Source of the DNA: Gammaproteobacteria bacterium
Lineage (GTDB): Bacteria > Pseudomonadota > Gammaproteobacteria > GCA-001735895
Length of the DNA: 63,768 bases
NCBI GenBank assembly: GCA_041569645.1
Contig: JBFFXR010000001.1
Coordinates: 1-63,768, forward strand
Direction: 5' to 3'
Shown here: piece after piece, positions 61,764 to 63,768 of the stretch
Layout: the number at the start of each line of letters is the position of its first letter
How positions within the stretch are numbered: position 1 is the first letter of the stretch
Position numbers and translations under genes: made by a program
Notes under the pieces: generated by a model
What the model saw: the letters and a program-made list of their open reading frames with translations, nothing else
Database searches by the model: none
Told to the model about the DNA's origin: nothing

Positions 61764-61792
61764 ATTATAAACGCTTGTTGGCGGCCGGTAAA
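61764..61792 (-). promoter_or_regulatory. sigma70-like promoter for the Sel1/vWA/ABC unit (TTTACC, 17-nt spacer, TATAAT)
   Basis: On the minus strand TTTACC occupies 61792..61787, an exact 17-nt spacer follows, and a perfect TATAAT occupies 61769..61764. It starts 2 nt after the lptE stop and lies about 70 nt upstream of the Sel1-like ATG. Confidence 0.5.
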
Positions 61793-61793
61793 T

Positions 61794-62288
61794 TCAGATT
61801 CGGCCTAATTGGAAAATTAATTGCTCGAAGAGCGATTTTTCCAGCTCGACGAGCAGGTTCGCGCGCTCCTCGTTGGATGCCAGCAGGTTATCCTCGTCGC
61901 GGGTGAAATCCCGTTGCCGGGTCAGGGTCTTGGCCTCGATCAGCGGCTCGCCGTCTGCGCCGACCAGGCTGAAGCGCAGGCTGCGGGTAAGCCGCTCGAT
62001 GGTCTTGCCGCTGCTGCCGCCGGCGACGAGATCCCTGGCCGGAACGTTCAGGAAACTGACCCGCAGCAGCGTCGCGTCGGCATCGCCCTCGCCGGCAAGC
62101 AACGCGCCGGCCCGCTCGAGGCGCGCGCGCAGGGCCTTGCGCTGGCGCTCGCTGAAATTGTCGGTTTCGAGCCGGATCAGTTCGAGCGAATCGGCCAGCT
62201 CGGCGGTGCCGGCGAGACGAAAGCCGCAGGCCGCAAGCGCCAGGCACAGCACCAACAACGCGACCCGGCAAGTGACGGCTCGCGACAT
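61794..62288 (-). CDS. lptE: LPS-assembly lipoprotein LptE
   Basis: The ATG at 62288 lies 2 nt after the leuS stop. It has a lipobox LALAAC-G, is 164 aa, and sits in the conserved leuS-lptE order. Confidence 0.85.
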   Translation of the reverse strand: MSRAVTCRVALLVLCLALAACGFRLAGTAELADSLELIRLETDNFSERQRKALRARLERAGALLAGEGDADATLLRVSFLNVPARDLVAGGSSGKTIERLTRSLRFSLVGADGEPLIEAKTLTRQRDFTRDEDNLLASNEERANLLVELEKSLFEQLIFQLGRI

Positions 62289-62290
62289 GC

Positions 62291-63768
62291 TCAGACGACG
62301 ATGTTGACCAGCTTGCCGGGGACGACGATGACTTTTCTGACTTCGGCGTCGCCGATGAAGCGCCTGGCCTGCTCGTTCGATAGCGCCGCGGCTTCGCAGG
62401 CGGCGCGGTCGGCATCGGCCGGCAGCTGCATGCGCCCGCGCAGCTTGCCGTTGACCTGAATAACCATCTCGATCGTGTCCTGCTCGAGCGCCGCCGGATC
62501 CGCCTCGGGCCAGGCCGCGTCGATCAGCCCGCCGGCGTGGCCGAGATCGTGCCACAGACGATGGCAAATATGCGGAATGATCGGTGCCAGCATCAATATC
62601 ATGTGGTCGAAGACTTCCTGGCGGATTGCGCGACCGGTCGCGGTTTCGTCGTCGAAACGCGTGACCGCGTTGAGCAGCTCCATGTTGGCCGCGATCGCGG
62701 TGTTGAAGGTCAGACGCCGCTCGAAATCGTCGCCGACCTTGGCGACGGTCTCATGCAGCTTGCGCCGCATCGCGTGCTGGTCGTCGTCGAGCGTCGCGGC
62801 GTCGATGTCGACCGCGACCACGCCGGCGTCGACCTGCGCGCGCACCGCGGCCCACAGGCGCTTGATGAAACGATAGGCGCCCTCGACGCCGGAATCGGAC
62901 CAGTCGAGGGTCTGCTCCGGCGGCGACGCGAACATGATGAATAGCCGTACCGTGTCGGCGCCGTAGCGGTCGATCAGATCCTGCGGGTCGATCGTGTTGC
63001 CCTTCGACTTCGACATCTTGCTGCCGTCCTTGAGCACCATGCCCTGGGTCAGCAGCCGCTGGAACGGTTCGTTCGACTCGAGCAGCCCGTGATCGCGCAA
63101 CAGCTTGTGGTAGAAGCGCGCGTACAGCAGATGCAGGATCGCGTGCTCGATGCCGCCGATGTAGAGATCGACCGGGGTCCAGTAATCGGCGCGCTCGTCG
63201 AGCATCGCCGCGTGCTGATCGGCGCAGGCGAAGCGCTCCTGGTACCACGACGATTCCATGAAGGTGTCGAAGGTATCGGTTTCGCGCTCGGCGGCGCCGC
63301 CGCAACGCGGGCAGGTCGTATCGATGAACGAGCGCATTTTCTTGATCGGCGAACCGATACCCTCGAATTCGACGTCTTCGGGCAACACCACCGGCAAGTC
63401 CTCCGCCGGCACCGGCGACAGCCCGCAATCGGGGCAATGGATGACCGGGATCGGCGCGCCCCAGTAGCGCTGGCGCGATACGCCCCAGTCGCGCAGCCGG
63501 TAATTGACCTGGCGGCTACCCTTGCCCTCGGCTTCCATCTTGTCGGAGATGCGATCGAAGGCGGCCTGGAATTCGAGGCCGTCGAGGATATCCGAATTGC
63601 AGCAGCGGCTTTCCTTGGTGACGAACGAACCGGCGTCGAGGTCGATGGCCGAACCGTCGATCGGCTCGACCACCTGGCGGATTTCGAGGCCGTACTTGCG
63701 CGCGAACTCCCAGTCGCGCTGGTCGTGCGCCGGCACCGACATGATCGCGCCGGTGCCGTAACCCATCA
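62291..63768 (-). CDS. leuS: leucine--tRNA ligase, C-terminal part (5' end lies outside the window)
   Basis: KMSKSKGN motif, the zinc-binding CPRCG region and an anticodon-binding C-terminus. The frame is open to the window edge. Confidence 0.96.
   Translation of the reverse strand, partial: MGYGTGAIMSVPAHDQRDWEFARKYGLEIRQVVEPIDGSAIDLDAGSFVTKESRCCNSDILDGLEFQAAFDRISDKMEAEGKGSRQVNYRLRDWGVSRQRYWGAPIPVIHCPDCGLSPVPAEDLPVVLPEDVEFEGIGSPIKKMRSFIDTTCPRCGGAAERETDTFDTFMESSWYQERFACADQHAAMLDERADYWTPVDLYIGGIEHAILHLLYARFYHKLLRDHGLLESNEPFQRLLTQGMVLKDGSKMSKSKGNTIDPQDLIDRYGADTVRLFIMFASPPEQTLDWSDSGVEGAYRFIKRLWAAVRAQVDAGVVAVDIDAATLDDDQHAMRRKLHETVAKVGDDFERRLTFNTAIAANMELLNAVTRFDDETATGRAIRQEVFDHMILMLAPIIPHICHRLWHDLGHAGGLIDAAWPEADPAALEQDTIEMVIQVNGKLRGRMQLPADADRAACEAAALSNEQARRFIGDAEVRKVIVVPGKLVNIVV

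Noticed and set aside
57193-61792. The lptE-holA insertion as a mobile genetic element or recent genomic island.
   Set aside because: I found no integrase, transposase or recombinase, no tRNA/tmRNA attachment site, and no flanking direct or inverted repeats. Base composition by eye is similar to the neighbouring genes. A windowed GC or k-mer calculation would be needed to be sure.

Overview
This is a 63.8-kb, densely coding, high-GC segment that reads like core chromosome of a gammaproteobacterium; its gene order closely mirrors known Pseudomonas and E. coli housekeeping blocks. I can support about 58 protein-coding genes. I found no rRNA, tRNA, CRISPR array, IS element or integrase. The many long ORFs antisense to recognisable genes are high-GC artefacts.

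Layout:
- 1-18.9 kb, almost all minus strand: lpxH (partial), DUF455, metZ, yqhA-like, L,D-transpeptidase, purF, cvpA, dedD, folC, accD, trpF, truA, fimV, asd paralog, asd, leuB-leuD-leuC and a divergent LysR regulator.
- 19.9-45.4 kb, accessory-looking metabolic and transport genes: DUF2914, TauE, DUF1648, a proline-racemase-family enzyme, CoA-transferase plus gcdH, and an FAD oxidase / amidase / acetylpolyamine-amidohydrolase-like set. These are followed by a DMT transporter, DksA/TraR-like plus DUF465, a ridA-lysR-amine dehydrogenase-cupin operon, DUF1028 plus ArgE-like, a RimB-like/rimK/M14 deacylase operon, MFS, an asparaginase-domain protein and an MFP/RND pair.
- 45.5-63.8 kb, all minus strand: tldD, a small secreted ORF, yhdP, rng, maf, rlmH, rsfS, nadD, proA, holA, lptE and leuS (partial).

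The best candidate for an undescribed system is a self-contained four-gene unit at 57.2-61.8 kb, sitting between lptE and holA, which are normally adjacent. It has its own promoter-like and terminator-like signals. It encodes a membrane-anchored Sel1-like protein, a secreted vWA (MIDAS) protein, an ABC ATPase and a MacB/FtsX-type permease.

Secondary items include a structured 284-bp spacer with a possible sRNA upstream of holA, and a RimK module with two putative peptidases. Others are an amine-dehydrogenase operon with an embedded LysR gene, a Ser/Cys proline-racemase-family enzyme and a long structured metZ leader.

All family assignments come from reading the translated ORFs and recognising motifs; no searches were run.
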